43,821 bases of DNA. It comes from Neolecta irregularis DAH-3. Taxonomy: Eukaryota. The stretch covers positions 1 through 43,821 of the forward strand of contig LXFE01001036.1 in NCBI GenBank assembly GCA_001929475.1, in the 5' to 3' direction. The position numbers and the translations under genes are program-made. This document shows positions 24,007-35,822 of the stretch, one piece after another. The notes under the pieces were generated by a model. The model had not been told where the DNA came from, made no database searches, and worked only from the letters and a program-made list of their open reading frames with translations. Position 1 is the stretch's first letter. Each line of letters begins with the position of its first letter.

Positions 24007-26724
24007 ATGTCTTGCGAAAGTATCCTCAGCGATAGCGATGGTATTCATTCAAAAGCACCATCTTTTACATATCAGAAACACCCAAATTATTGGCACGCGG
24101 AAGCGTTACACCGACCTTTCAGGACTATACCGCCGAACTCGGTGAAGCTGTTGAATGTGAATGCTGTGAAACTTGCGTCAACGGCATCTGACGAATTGAA
24201 GCACTAGAATTGGGACAATTAGTTATCGACTCTGCTCGGTTTACTTTATCCGATGCTATTGGGTCGATTGAGGTACCTGTATCCTGTGAGCTGCGGAATT
24301 GAATCGCTTAGCTGATGGACAAAAAGATGGATAGTGGGATGATTGACGGGAATACAACGACTATCGATACCTCGATAGGCAGACTTCCCGAGGAAGTTAT
24401 TGGAATCATGGATCAGATTCTTGCGGCTGAAGTGTCCTTGTTATTCTTCCATCGGTTCATGTTCATAGATGTCTTGGCATTACGGACGATCTCTCCAGCA
24501 GACCTTATTCGCAATTCCGTATATCGTAGAGCCGCTTCTTTCATATGAAGGGAACCTTGAAGAAGCTGTGTTTCCTCAAAACCTGAATGCCTATCAGTCG
24601 TCTGTTCAGAGTGGCCTTGTTCACGTTGTTTTGAGGGCTTATGCTCTTGCTACGGTTAAATGCTGTCATCACGTCCTTGAAGAAATTACCCAGGGCCCTT
24701 TATATCAAGTAATTATTATCTCTGACTATCTTCTTCTAAACGGTCAAAGGAAGAGGATATATGCATGTATTGTCAACTGAATCCTCTAGAAAAAACCGAA
24801 AACTCTGAAATTCTTCATCTTTTATCGGATGCTGGCCTTTGGATCTCTGAAAATTCTTCCGAGATACTCTCGAAGTCTTCCCAAGATATGATTATGGCAT
24901 TAACTTCACGGCTCAAATTACGAACAGCTTTTATTTCAACATTAATATATTCCAATCTTGACACTTGCAGAAAATACGTCAATGTCTGTCTCGAACTGCT
25001 TGCTTCAGTCAAAAGTACCATCTGTCTGGGGATATGTCCTGAAGGTGTGATGAGTATGATATTTCAGAGAAACTTGGACACTACAGTACCGCCTAGGCAA
25101 ATCGTGATTTCGACTCCGCAGGAAGGTCTAGAACGACTCGAGAAATTATTACGGCAACAAAAGGCAGTTTTTAAGATGGAAGAGTATACTTCCTCTACAA
25201 ACTTGTTGGTATGTAATAGTTGTACGCAGACACTAATGAGAGAACCGGCTCCATGTCTTTGCAACACAAAAACCTTCAGTACAACCTTATGTCCGGGCAT
25301 TCTTGCAGGTACGATCAATATGAGGAATCTGCTAAGTGGAAAGACACTCTTAAATTATCAAAACATGATATTTGGACGATATTATCATCAAGATGTTGCT
25401 CGAGAATCAATTCTCGAACTATGCGCTCCTCGTTCGGAATTGTTTGATCCATCGAATCTGGTGGCGGAAGCTCCAACTAGTAAAGAATTTAAAATTGCTC
25501 GTATAATGCAAGGGTTCCTAGAAAGAACGAGCCCAGTAAGTTAATATCAAGTCAAATTTCTCATCACCAGATAATTTACGATTATATGAGAGTCTTGTGT
25601 TACAATCGGCCTCGTCAGCGGAGAAACTTGGGCAAGATTTTAGGCGACTGGGAGATTCTGCATGCCGAAGTATTCGTTTGACCTCGCTACTAGTTGATTA
25701 TTCCTAGGCAAGCGCAAGAGACGAAGAATTGAGGCGCTACCTCACGGATGAACCTTCTGTAGATGACGAGGGAAAAGACAATTTCGTTGGTCCACTCTCC
25801 TTCTGGGTCTATTTTCATAAACTTGAAATATTAAACTTAATTATAATGCTTGGTTGGGAACTGGATATATATTTACTTTATGAATGGTCAGCGGCATATC
25901 AGTATCACTTCAGACATAACGACGCTGATCTGTAGTTATCTATTACACATCGTTTCAGTTCAACTTGAACATGTTCAACAGATACAAGACAACATATCTT
26001 ATCAGGTTACTCCTGGAAAATCAACTACAGAAGGTCGAACTGCTAATAGGTCATTGGGATTAGTGAATTATTATATTCGTTATTATAAGATTATCATTTG
26101 CATGGCTCGCGCATACTTTCAGGTTTCCTTCTTTCTATATCAATTCTGAAAATAGCTTTTCGTGTTACTATGCCGTTTGAATGCACTTCCAGTCCCAAGA
26201 AACGATAATAGTTCCCATCAAGCCAGATACAATGTTCGTTTCTCTCTGTTCAGAAATGTCGAAGCTCCTAGTTATGTTCCTTACGAACAATTTCTCGAGT
26301 CCCAAGGTCAGTTAACTCAGGATAACTCTGCACTTCTGAGAGACACATGCTCTGCGCTGATGTTTGCCATTCCCTTGCTCACAGAGTTGGGAGAGATGTC
26401 TATCGAAAATAAACATTTTGTGGGGTGTGAAGCCTTCCATGAAGAGGTAAGCTTCGTGCGAGTATACAACTCAAAGCAGAAAATCAAACAACTCTCCTTC
26501 TCGTGCGTGAGGATGACAGAAAGGATAGGACAACTTGCGCANNNNNNNNNNTGCAGAAAATCAAACAACTCTCCTTCTCGTGCGTGAGGATGACAGAAAG
26601 GATAGGACAACTTGCGCAAGGGCTCAGCTTGAGGAAGATAATTAAGAAAGCCAAGATCAACAATATCATAAAAGAAAACCACCCATGGTTCCCAATTATA
26701 GATATTCCAATAGAGGACGATTGA
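24007..26724 (+). CDS. MAK10: NatC auxiliary subunit Mak10/NAA35, about 12 introns; interrupted by an assembly gap
   Basis: LELGQLV...FTLSDAIGSIE/LMDKKMDSG, MSWHYGRSLQQTLF, EEDI, NRPRQRRNL, GWELDIY, RYNVRF, HPWFPII. Confidence 0.88.
26476..26618. other. 10-N scaffold gap (26542-26551) flanked by an exact 66-bp duplication
   Basis: GCAGAAAATC...CTTGCGCA occurs at 26476-26541 and 26553-26618, typical of unmerged overlapping contig ends. Confidence 0.9.
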
Positions 26725-26815
26725 ATTCAAAGGAATGAACAACACAGAAAATCCATGCATTTATATGTCTATGTATTTCTAAAACTGGGCAGAATGTCCC
26801 AGCATGTACAACGAT

Positions 26816-28302
26816 CTATTTTGGAGAAAGTTCATCGGCGTAAGGTAATAGGTATGTGTCTCCGAGAGCAACCAAGCTTGCTTTATTTTTCAGTAAATTC
26901 GTGGCAGCCTGACACATTAATTAGATAGTAGAAGTAATTGGATTATACCGATTTCACCTGAGCAAATGTAACCTTATCTAATTCAGCGACGACTTCCTGA
27001 GTCTTCACAGAGGTGGATTCGCCAATCAGAGATTGCCCAATCTTTTCTACGGCACTCGTTCGTTCATCAAAAGCGTTGGTGAATTGAAATTTAGTTTGTG
27101 CGATAGCTCGTTTCACATCTACTTCTCGAATGCCCTCGCCCTTGGAAATTAAATGGACAGTCTGAACAACAGCTTTGGCAAGCTTAGTTATAGTGGAGGA
27201 AGGTCCAGCCAACGTGACAGTGAGAAGTCCAGCGTCGGTATGCGTGATATGCTGAGCAAATGCGGAGACTTCATTGCCAAGCTTGCCAGCCAGCTGTGAT
27301 AACAAGGTATTGCCGGCCGACCACTTTATAGATGATTTCCCCCCCAAAAGGTTGGCTAGAATGCCGAGCTCTGGCGATCCAGCAAGAGGCGATGAAGCTC
27401 CAGGGAATGCGAGAATAACAAGGGACTCCTTTGAAGGGCCGTTGATTCGTACGTCGCCGCCGTAATAAGTAGTTCCTGATATTTGTGCAGGGGAACCAGA
27501 TGGGATTTTTGCAAAATGCTGCTGAACCAGATCTTTTAATTCAGTAGAGTCAGCGCCAGTTGCAACAATGCTCAAGTTTCCGGAAATATAGCTCTTGTTT
27601 GCAAAGGCTTTGACATCTTGAAGAAGAACGGGATATTGAGGGTTTGAGTAGAGAGTATTTCCGAGACCCCTTCTGAAAGCCACGTTATGAAGGGCGTCAC
27701 TGGTAATATCAAGCGTACTTAGGGAAGAGTATTGAAGAGCAAGTTGCGGAATGACATCTTCTGTGAATATGTGTCCTGCAATCAGAATGTGCAATTGACG
27801 GGGTATGGGCACGTTCTAGCTTTGTTTTGGTGAGAGTATCTCCCAGTAATTGAACGTAGTAAGGAAGATCTTCCCGGAGAAATTCAGCAGTGAGGATAAT
27901 ACTATCTCGAGTGACGGACGATGACAACTTACCGCCGAGAAGCTCTGATTCTCGGGTTATCCGTAGAGCAGTTCGCTCTGACGTAGACTACATTCCCCTT
28001 AGCGACCAGTTTCGAACCGGAGAATTAAAGATATTTGCGAGGAACGGGATGTCTCGAATGCGACGTACCTTGAACGCAAATCTCTCCAAAATGTGAGCGA
28101 GACCCGGAATAGGCTGGTATCTACTTCCAGCTCGAACAACGACAGACAAGGCAGCGGTTGGTCTTCCGTCATCTCTAGACGCAATCTTGATGCCATTCGT
28201 TTGGCCGACGTGAAATGAAAACGGAGAAATCTGTGCAACAGTCGCCATAGCTCTCGCAAAACTGCAGCGAGGTGCCATACTATAGACTTTTGATCGAAGC
28301 AT
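26816..28302 (-). CDS. QCR2: Cytochrome bc1 core protein 2, 3 introns
   Basis: VVVRAGSRY, GLAHILERFAFK/ST..RTALRITRESELLGG, FLREDLPYYV, LHNVAFRRGLGN, LLGGKSSIKWS, GDTYLLPYADEL. Confidence 0.95.
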
Positions 28303-28470
28303 GACTGTACAAATGGGCTGGGTGGGTCAGGGCTTTGGTGGTTGCTTTCACAAAATATTCAATTTCAACAGTCGACTTTTTGACCAAGACAAAATTCCCT
28401 CTGCAGGTCTGTGCGGTTATTGCAAACTGCCAAACAAGCCAGAAAATCCGATAAAAGTGGTGGGAATGCG

Positions 28471-30474
28471 ATGTCCCAGTCGGAAGTTGAACTGTGTCGA
28501 GTTATCATCGACGAGTTCTTTGGTTCGGTAGCAGCTGTACGTTTTCTCGTGGAATTGCAAGTGTAACAACAACAGGCAATTATAAGGGTTTTACTAGCCA
28601 ATGGAAGACTAGGAGTACCTCAGATAGCTCAGTTGACGGGTTTCTCATATAAATCCATCAAGGAGGCATTGGTTGCTATGATGCAGCACCATCTTATCTT
28701 GTTCGCCGTACTTCACGAAAATGGACGCGATATTTCATACTATGAGGCTGATAGCAGAGAGATTCAATATCTTTTAAGAGCTGGCCGGGAGGTATGGTTG
28801 ACTTCAGTGAAGGTTTCCCAGGAAGTAAGTCATCACTTTGGTGCTTTTATTAAGTATAATCCAGGCCGCTGGTATAGTCAAATATGTCTCTATCAACGGT
28901 CGTGTACGCATCAAGGATATATTAACAGCTTTTGCCGATTCTAAGTCTTCTGCGAAACAGATCAGGTTTTTTAAATCGACATTATCAACTCTCATGACGG
29001 AAGCATTTCTTAGAATAGATTTGCCTTATCACATGAAACCGATTGCAGACCTTCGTAATGAGCTCCGCATTGAAGAGCAGATCAAATTGGGAAATCTGAA
29101 ACTTGCAGAGGCGAAGTTGAAAAAGGAACTAGATGATCTGGTAAATAAGCGATTGAATGAGATGGAATCAGAAACCCGGAATTTGCTCAAGCGGAAAGCG
29201 GAAGATTGGATCGGAAAGTCAAGTAAAAAACGCAAAACTGACGATGATGATGATGATTTGGAATCTCAATTGGATTTGAATGTTTCGTTCTGTCTCTCTA
29301 CTCAATACTAATCTCGAAAGGAAAATTTATTTATTCGTGTCAACCACGATAAATTTAATGTGCTATCCAGAAACATAAGACTCGTTGAGCTAGCAGAAGA
29401 GCGGTTTGGAAAGTCTGTTTCGCAGGTCTATGACCATATGCTAAATATTCTTGCCTCTGGATCAGCTTCTAAGAATCTCCAAGAGATTGGTATCAACTCA
29501 TTATCAATCTCATCTAATTATATGAGAGATGACTGTCACTACAATGGCCCTTTCACGGTCTTTCCCTCGGGATATTGACCTTGGAAGCACCTTTTATGTA
29601 GACCCTGCTGGAAGGAAATCGAAAACGAACTCCAAGTCTTCTTCTAGGATCAAACTTGAACCTACGAGAATAAATGGCGAGAATAACATTGCAGAGAGAG
29701 CCGATGACAAGGACGATGATGAGGAGGACGAAGACGACGAAGAGTACGAAGAATATGATCTCGATCAAGGCAGTGTGACCAATGACAAGTCGAAAGCTTC
29801 TACAAATGATCGCCTGCCGAATCTTGTGAAACACCTTGAAACACTGGCTTCCGACTCTCTCAGATTTCTTCGAAAAAAAGGAAACCGGGGATCTGGCGAA
29901 TGGACTATTGATTGGACAGACTTGAACGAACGTGTGAAGCAGTTCGAGTATGAACGAGTTGTGAAAGAAAAGTATGATTATCTGGGTCTACGGCTTCTGC
30001 GTGCTATCATTAGAAAAGGGAAGGTGGACGAAAAACAGGTATGATAAGTTCTCACTACATTTGGTAATGGAATAGCTTGCAGCTTTTGTTTTACTCAAAC
30101 AACAGGACATTCGAGCTGTTTTAACCTGTCTTCATTCCTTCGGAGCTCTTGAACTCCAAGAAATTCCTCGAACAGCAGATCGTGCTCCTTCCCGGACTTC
30201 CTTCCTGTGGTTTCATCGACCCGGACGAGCGCGAGCTCTGTTTGAGAACGATATACGCAAAGCAATCGCTCGTCATCTCATGCGAATTCAATCAGAGAGA
30301 GTAGAACACTCTTTACTACTACAAAAAACCGAACGTGTGGACGTTCGGCAAAATGAGGATACAAAACTAAGTGATTTTGAAAGACGGGCCTTGGCTAGAA
30401 TTCGAATGAGAGAAGAGAAACTTCTTACGCAAGTGAAGCGGATGGAAGACTTGTTGCTAATTTTTCAAATCTGA
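28471..30474 (+). CDS. RPC82: RNA polymerase III subunit C82 (RPC3), 5 introns
   Basis: MSQSEVELC...FG, LLANGRL, ALVAMMQHHL, GLRLLRAIIRKGKVDEKQ, LELQEIPRTADRAPSRTSFLW. Confidence 0.92.
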
Positions 30475-30684
30475 GACCCCGCATGGGGTATTTGTACTAT
30501 TATCGGGTATATACAAGCGGCGCATAGCGATTTTTCATTCAGATGTTCATACAACGTTTGTGGAGTAATTATATGATTGTCTATCGACGCCCTCGATAAA
30601 CCGCGACTCCCACTCAATCTTGACTACCCACCTTTCTCGCCAAATGATCTTTGGGCCACAGATTCCCGGTATCAGCTATCACGA

Positions 30685-32424
30685 ATGAATCCGAGCGAAA
30701 TATATCCTGAAGATTCGTTGAAATGTACCACACGCTTGACCTTGGGACTGTTTCCATTGTATGAAAGTATTCGAGAAAATCAAATAGACCAAACACACCA
30801 CAACGAAGCACCAGCGTTGCCTTTAAGCAACAGCAGCAGGAAGCGAAAGCGTAAAGCTAGATCCATATCCACAGGATCCCACACGACAAAAAGACCAAAG
30901 ATTCCCGTCGAAAGTAATCGGTCATCACTTCCTACCCCACCCATTGATACAATTGCCATTCCCCTGATAGCTTCTCGATATCGAAGAATAGCAGAGGCTG
31001 GTCAAGGCGCTTTTTCTGTTACGATATTAGCACAAGATACATTTCTCCCCGAGCGACCGATTGTTGCCATCAAGAAGATGAAAGACGGATTCAATGCAAT
31101 CGGTCAGCGCGTACACTCGGAAATCATAATTTATATTAATAAAAGGAATATAATGCTTTGCGGCAATTGCACAACCTTCATATTCCCCGATACGCCATTA
31201 TACCTATTGTCCGCCCAATATCTTCTTTCCACGAAAATGGATCATTTCATCTGGTACTCGAGAGGCTCGATCCTACGCCCCTGGTGTTGCCCAGGTGTCC
31301 TCATAAAGTATTCGATGAGAATGGAAAATGTAGAGCGCGCCACTCAAATGTTGCTTGTCCAGTCCGGCATAAAGCTTTGAGGCTAATCGCGACTCAAATC
31401 CTTGATGCAGTCGCCTTTTTGCATGACTTTACCGGAAATATGCATGCCGATATCAAACCGGAAAATGTCATGTTCACTGAGCGAGGTATTTCGAAGGCGC
31501 AAAACTTCCTTTGATTCGTACCAGATGAACTTGAACCATACCAGCTTCGCCTAATCGATCTGAGCAATGTCATTCCTATTCATGAACGTGAAATTTACTT
31601 TGATGATTTCGAATTACAGAGTGCTCAATATAGGGCTCCAGAAGTATGTATCTTATTACTTGCACTGATCAAAGGTCATGGTCGGACTTCCGTTTAATGA
31701 GAAAATTGATATATTTTCAATTGGCCTGATTCTCCTGGAATTACTCATATCCGATGAATTAAATCATTCCACTCTTGTGGGGTCCCATTGTGCATCCAGA
31801 TCAGCCTTCGTCGAAACGATATGCAGTCTGATTGGGCCATTCCCCGAATTTTATCAGGAAGGAAAATTCTGGAGGGTAGAGTACGCACATTTAAAATCCA
31901 CATACAGTCTCAAGTCCTGTCTCGATGATTCCCAGGACATCTCTTTGAATGAATTCATTCATCAGTTGCTGAAACTCGATCCTTCGCGAAGGTTTTCGGC
32001 CATGGAGGCATTGGAGCATGATTGGATCGTCGGAGGTTCAGGTTATCGGTCGATTGTGGGTATCAAGAGCTGGAGTGAAAGACATAGCAAAACGAATATC
32101 GCAACGGAACATTTCGGCAGCGAATCTCCACTCTTGGACAAGACTGTTCCTTGCAAACCCCAACACGTGCAACAGTCATCATGCAATGACTCTTCGCTAT
32201 CATGCGCAGTCGAAGAAATTCAGATCCCATTTGGAAGGACCCGAAATACGAATGGCACTGACAAAGTTGATGAGCAGAATGAAAATGACAGACAAGATCT
32301 GGGATGTTCAACTCCGATATCATGTCAACATAGTCCTCTTGAGCCGTTATTGGTAAGACTAACTTTTCAAGTATGACTGATCTTTAAGGCTGAAGGAGAT
32401 AACGATGAGGTGATATTTGTTTAA
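30685..32424 (+). CDS. Divergent CMGC (DYRK-like) Ser/Thr kinase, 4 introns; start codon uncertain
   Basis: GQGAFS, VAIKK, HADIKPEN, IDLSN (at the DFG position), QSAQYRAPE/V, KIDIFSIG, LKLDPSRRFSAMEALEHDW. The frame is open from 30577; the first in-frame ATG is 30685. Confidence 0.82.
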
Positions 32425-32559
32425 ACGAATTTTTTCCTTGTATATAGGCGGAATTTGGGGCTAGGCGTTGGATGTGGACGGTATGATAAAAAGTTGTATT
32501 AGTTGTATGATATGTTAATGTGTATTATTCGTACATTTTTCACTCCATGCATCACCTAT

Positions 32560-33600
32560 TTATATCTTCTTCGCTCTAGGTACAGCTTGCGCAAATGACC
32601 GTGCGCCCAAGTACAATTTTTCCTTGAACATGAACAGAAATGCTGCCGTGACAACGCTTTGTAGCAATTTTGCTTGCACGCCTTTGTAGAGGCCGGCGAC
32701 ACCTTCCTGATCGACAACTTTGGTTATGGAAGTGTAGAGAGAATCATATCTTTCGGAGAGATTTGAAGACTGGCGCATCTGCATTCGAGCTTTTACAGTA
32801 ACTATATGTCAATACGTCTGGCCGAGAATGTCATTTACTGTATGGGTATGTCAGACCAGTTGCCACCAACTTTCCAATAGCTCCAAGCCAGAAGGCATCT
32901 CGTGGAGTCAATGGGCGTTTCCTAGTAAGGATAATTTTGAGCTGTTCAAAGACTGTGTATTGAATGATAGGATTTGATACCTACTGTCAGTATTCACAAT
33001 AATAATGGAATTATACCAAAATAAGTGCAGGCCCAATACCAGACCACAGAGCTGAAATGCCGTCTTTTTGTATGATATCTTTAAACATATCTAAAGTGCT
33101 TCTCGCTTTTCGTTTGGCACTTTCTGTGGCTGAAAGTGTTTCACTGGCCTCCATTGTATCCCTTCTTGCTGTCATACGTGTGTTCGCAACCCATATGGGG
33201 TTTGTAATCAGAACTGTAAGAGAGCCTTCAATGAGCATATATCTCATAGAAAATGTATACCAGCAACTGCACCGGCAATTATGCTTTCTTTGGCAGATAA
33301 AGCATGCACCCTTTTATTTTTGAGGGCAGCAGTCGCATAGAGCTTTTTGACCCATTCATAGAAGAAATAGTAAATCCCGTTTGTCAACCCAATTCCAAAA
33401 AGACCGCTTTTCATGCCACGGTAGAGACCATAAACCCCATCATCTTTTAGGATTTTTATGATTGCTTCATATACAGAAGTGTCTTTGCGTCTCGACTCAA
33501 CTTGAGCCCGTGTGGAAACTGATACCAGTGGGTATGTTAGAGCAAGAGCAGCCATCCCACCACCGGCACCCGAAAGGGCATGAACCAGGTTGTCAGACAT
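32560..33600 (-). CDS. PMP47: Peroxisomal carrier of the mitochondrial carrier family (PMP47/PMP34/SLC25A17), 3 introns
   Basis: MSDNLVHALSGAGGG, TYPL, TNPIWVANTRM, GPALILV/SNPIIQY, TYPY/ITVK, GLYKG..KLLQSV..AAFLF..KE. Confidence 0.88.
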
Positions 33601-33749
33601 AATTGAATAGCAGAAAGAAAAGAAAGATGGCGTAGTATATGTCACTATATCGAAAACAGATGACAGGGGACAGGAGAAGTTGGGCCTTGGACCAAGGATA
33701 TACGTGTGGAGTAACGTTTCACGTGATGTCTCCGCCTCATCTCCACACT

Positions 33750-34323
33750 ATGTCTAAGGAAGAAATCGATAAATTAACAAGAGAAGAGTTATTTGAAAAG
33801 TATAAAACTTATAACTGGGATGAAGACCAGGACTTTCAGGGAAGGGTTTCAAAGCTCTATGGCTGATTATATTAGGAAGGTATTGCTAAGCTAAGAAATG
33901 AAACCCCTCAGACCAATTATGAATACCAAGACTTAAAAGAAAGAGCGAAGCTCTACTTCTTCTCGAGGCATTATACTATGACATAACCTTTGGTGACATT
34001 TGAAGGAAGTATGATTCAATTGACCTTCGGGAATACCAGATATGGCTCAATGGAAACCAATACTTTGTGAATGGTGATTCGCGAGTCCGAGAAGCAGAAC
34101 TTCGCCAACAAGCTTCAGCTAGGGAAGAAAATGCTCAATATCCAAAGTCTTTCACAGAGATTGTGGAAATGATACAAAGCGGGAAACCAATCCCAGGTTT
34201 GTCTTACCTTGTGGATATAAACTGATCTGAGGCATTCGAGAAATTCCGGATAAGGTGAATAATCAGTCCTCCTCTTTACCAACCCTCCGATCGCCACGAA
34301 AGCCATGGGAAGAGACGGTCTGA
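33750..34323 (+). CDS. PEX39: Pex39 (YJR012C/C6orf226-like) PTS2-import factor, 3 introns; only exon 1 appears in the ORF track
   Basis: YNWDEDQDFQ/EGIAKL, KERAKLYFFSR/K...IDLREYQIW, YPKSFTEIVEMIQSGKPIP/GIREIPD and terminal RKPWE motif. Confidence 0.83.
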
Positions 34324-34368
34324 ATCAATCATTTTGAGACAATTAGTATTAATATCGAATAAGACTCA

Positions 34369-35587
34369 TTATTCCATCAGTTCGTCCAATTCCCTCTCTT
34401 CATCATCTGTAATCTCTGCTCGTTTGTTTTCCAGAGCGGTAATCTTGAACTCAATTTTCGGATCTAAAACGTCCTTCAGTGGCCATTGTCGGATTGTCTG
34501 GTCCAATGATGCTGATATGAGATTCTGTCCAGCAATTTGAAGAGCGACTATGTCGTCGAAATGTCCCTCGATCTTTTTGATTAGTTTTCCGGTCTATTAT
34601 CAGCACGACAGACCGGACGAAGAAAACCTCAATATTCCACACTCGAATATATTCGTCTCGGCAGGCGGTGATTGCATGACCTTGATATATTACCACATCT
34701 CTTGTATAATCTCCATGTTCCAACTTAATCTCTTCCTTAATACCATGTGCAAGATCCCATCGTCTAACAGTTCTGTCTGCAGATGCTATTGAATTTTAGG
34801 AATATTCTTCATAGTCGTGCATACCTGTCCACATCTCATTATCAAATATTTTTATTCGATAAACACTGGTTTCATGTCCTATATGGGCATCTCCGTCTTC
34901 GCAAGCCGTATCTCCAACTTTCCATCTTCTAATTTCTCTGTCACTGCCAGCACTCCATATCCAAACATGTCCACTATCCGGACATGACGTATCAAGGGCC
35001 AAATCTTCAACACCTCGTGTATGACCTTTGAGAACGAATACTTTACGATGATAGTTTTCCAAGTCCGGACGAATTTCCCAACCAATAATCGATTTGTCTG
35101 AAGATCCAGAGAAAAGCATGTTCAGTTGGGGTACATATAGAAGACATTTGACGAAATCACTATGCTTATCTAGAGTAGCTAGACAATCACCAGTCTTCAG
35201 GATCATTGACTGTTTAACAAGAGATATACCTCTGCGTTCCACATCTTGATAGTGTTATCCCAACTTCCTGTATAAAGTCGTTTATCTTTGTCTATGTTGG
35301 CCAATACAACAGAGGTAACAGGACCGCTATGACCACGATATATGCTCTTAGCCTTTGACTAAAAAGGTTGATGACATGTTAATTGGCCTTGGATATACTT
35401 TCAGGTTGATTTTCACAGCGATATTTGCGGCGCCCCCGATGTAAATGATGTTTTCATCTTTGTCATCTACCGTGAGCGCGAGTATCTTGGTTGTGAGGCG
35501 AAAGGGGTTTCCGTTTTCATTATTAGCCTTGAGCCCTTTCAGTTCTGCGCTTTTAATGTTTTGATCTGACTGAAAGAATTGTGACAT
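34369..35587 (-). CDS. Uncharacterised fungal WD40-repeat protein, 4 introns
   Basis: MSQFFQSD start; repeated GH...W[DN] units (YRGHSGPVT...TGSWDNTIKMWN; HSDFVKCL; GHTRGVEDL; GHETSVY); acidic tail ITDDEERELDELME*. Confidence 0.88.
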
Positions 35588-35822
35588 GTCGTGAGAATTC
35601 CCTCGACGTGGGTCAAGGTGAACAAGTCACGTCCATCCATAGACAGACATCATGAAAGACGCAATCAGGGTAGAAGTGTGAATGATATTTTGTACCAAAA
35701 CAAATAACAGAGAAATATACTACATATACAGAGCTTGTGCTTGAAAACTGAGCAAGAGAAACTTACACAAGTAACTGAAAAAACTATTGCTCAAAACGCT
35801 GTTTTTAGGGTTATATTGGTAG

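Noticed and set aside
26476-26618. Apparent tandem exon duplication in MAK10
   Set aside because: The exact copies abut a 10-N gap, so this is most likely unmerged contig overlap rather than biology.
28006-28020. tRNA gene suggested by GGTTCGAA
   Set aside because: No cloverleaf, A box or acceptor stem around it.
1649-28302. Cluster of mitochondrial genes (SDH2, POS5, NDUFA8, TOM5, ATP15, QCR2) as a functional gene cluster
   Set aside because: They are interspersed with unrelated genes; about 6 of 26 is plausible by chance in a small housekeeping-rich genome.
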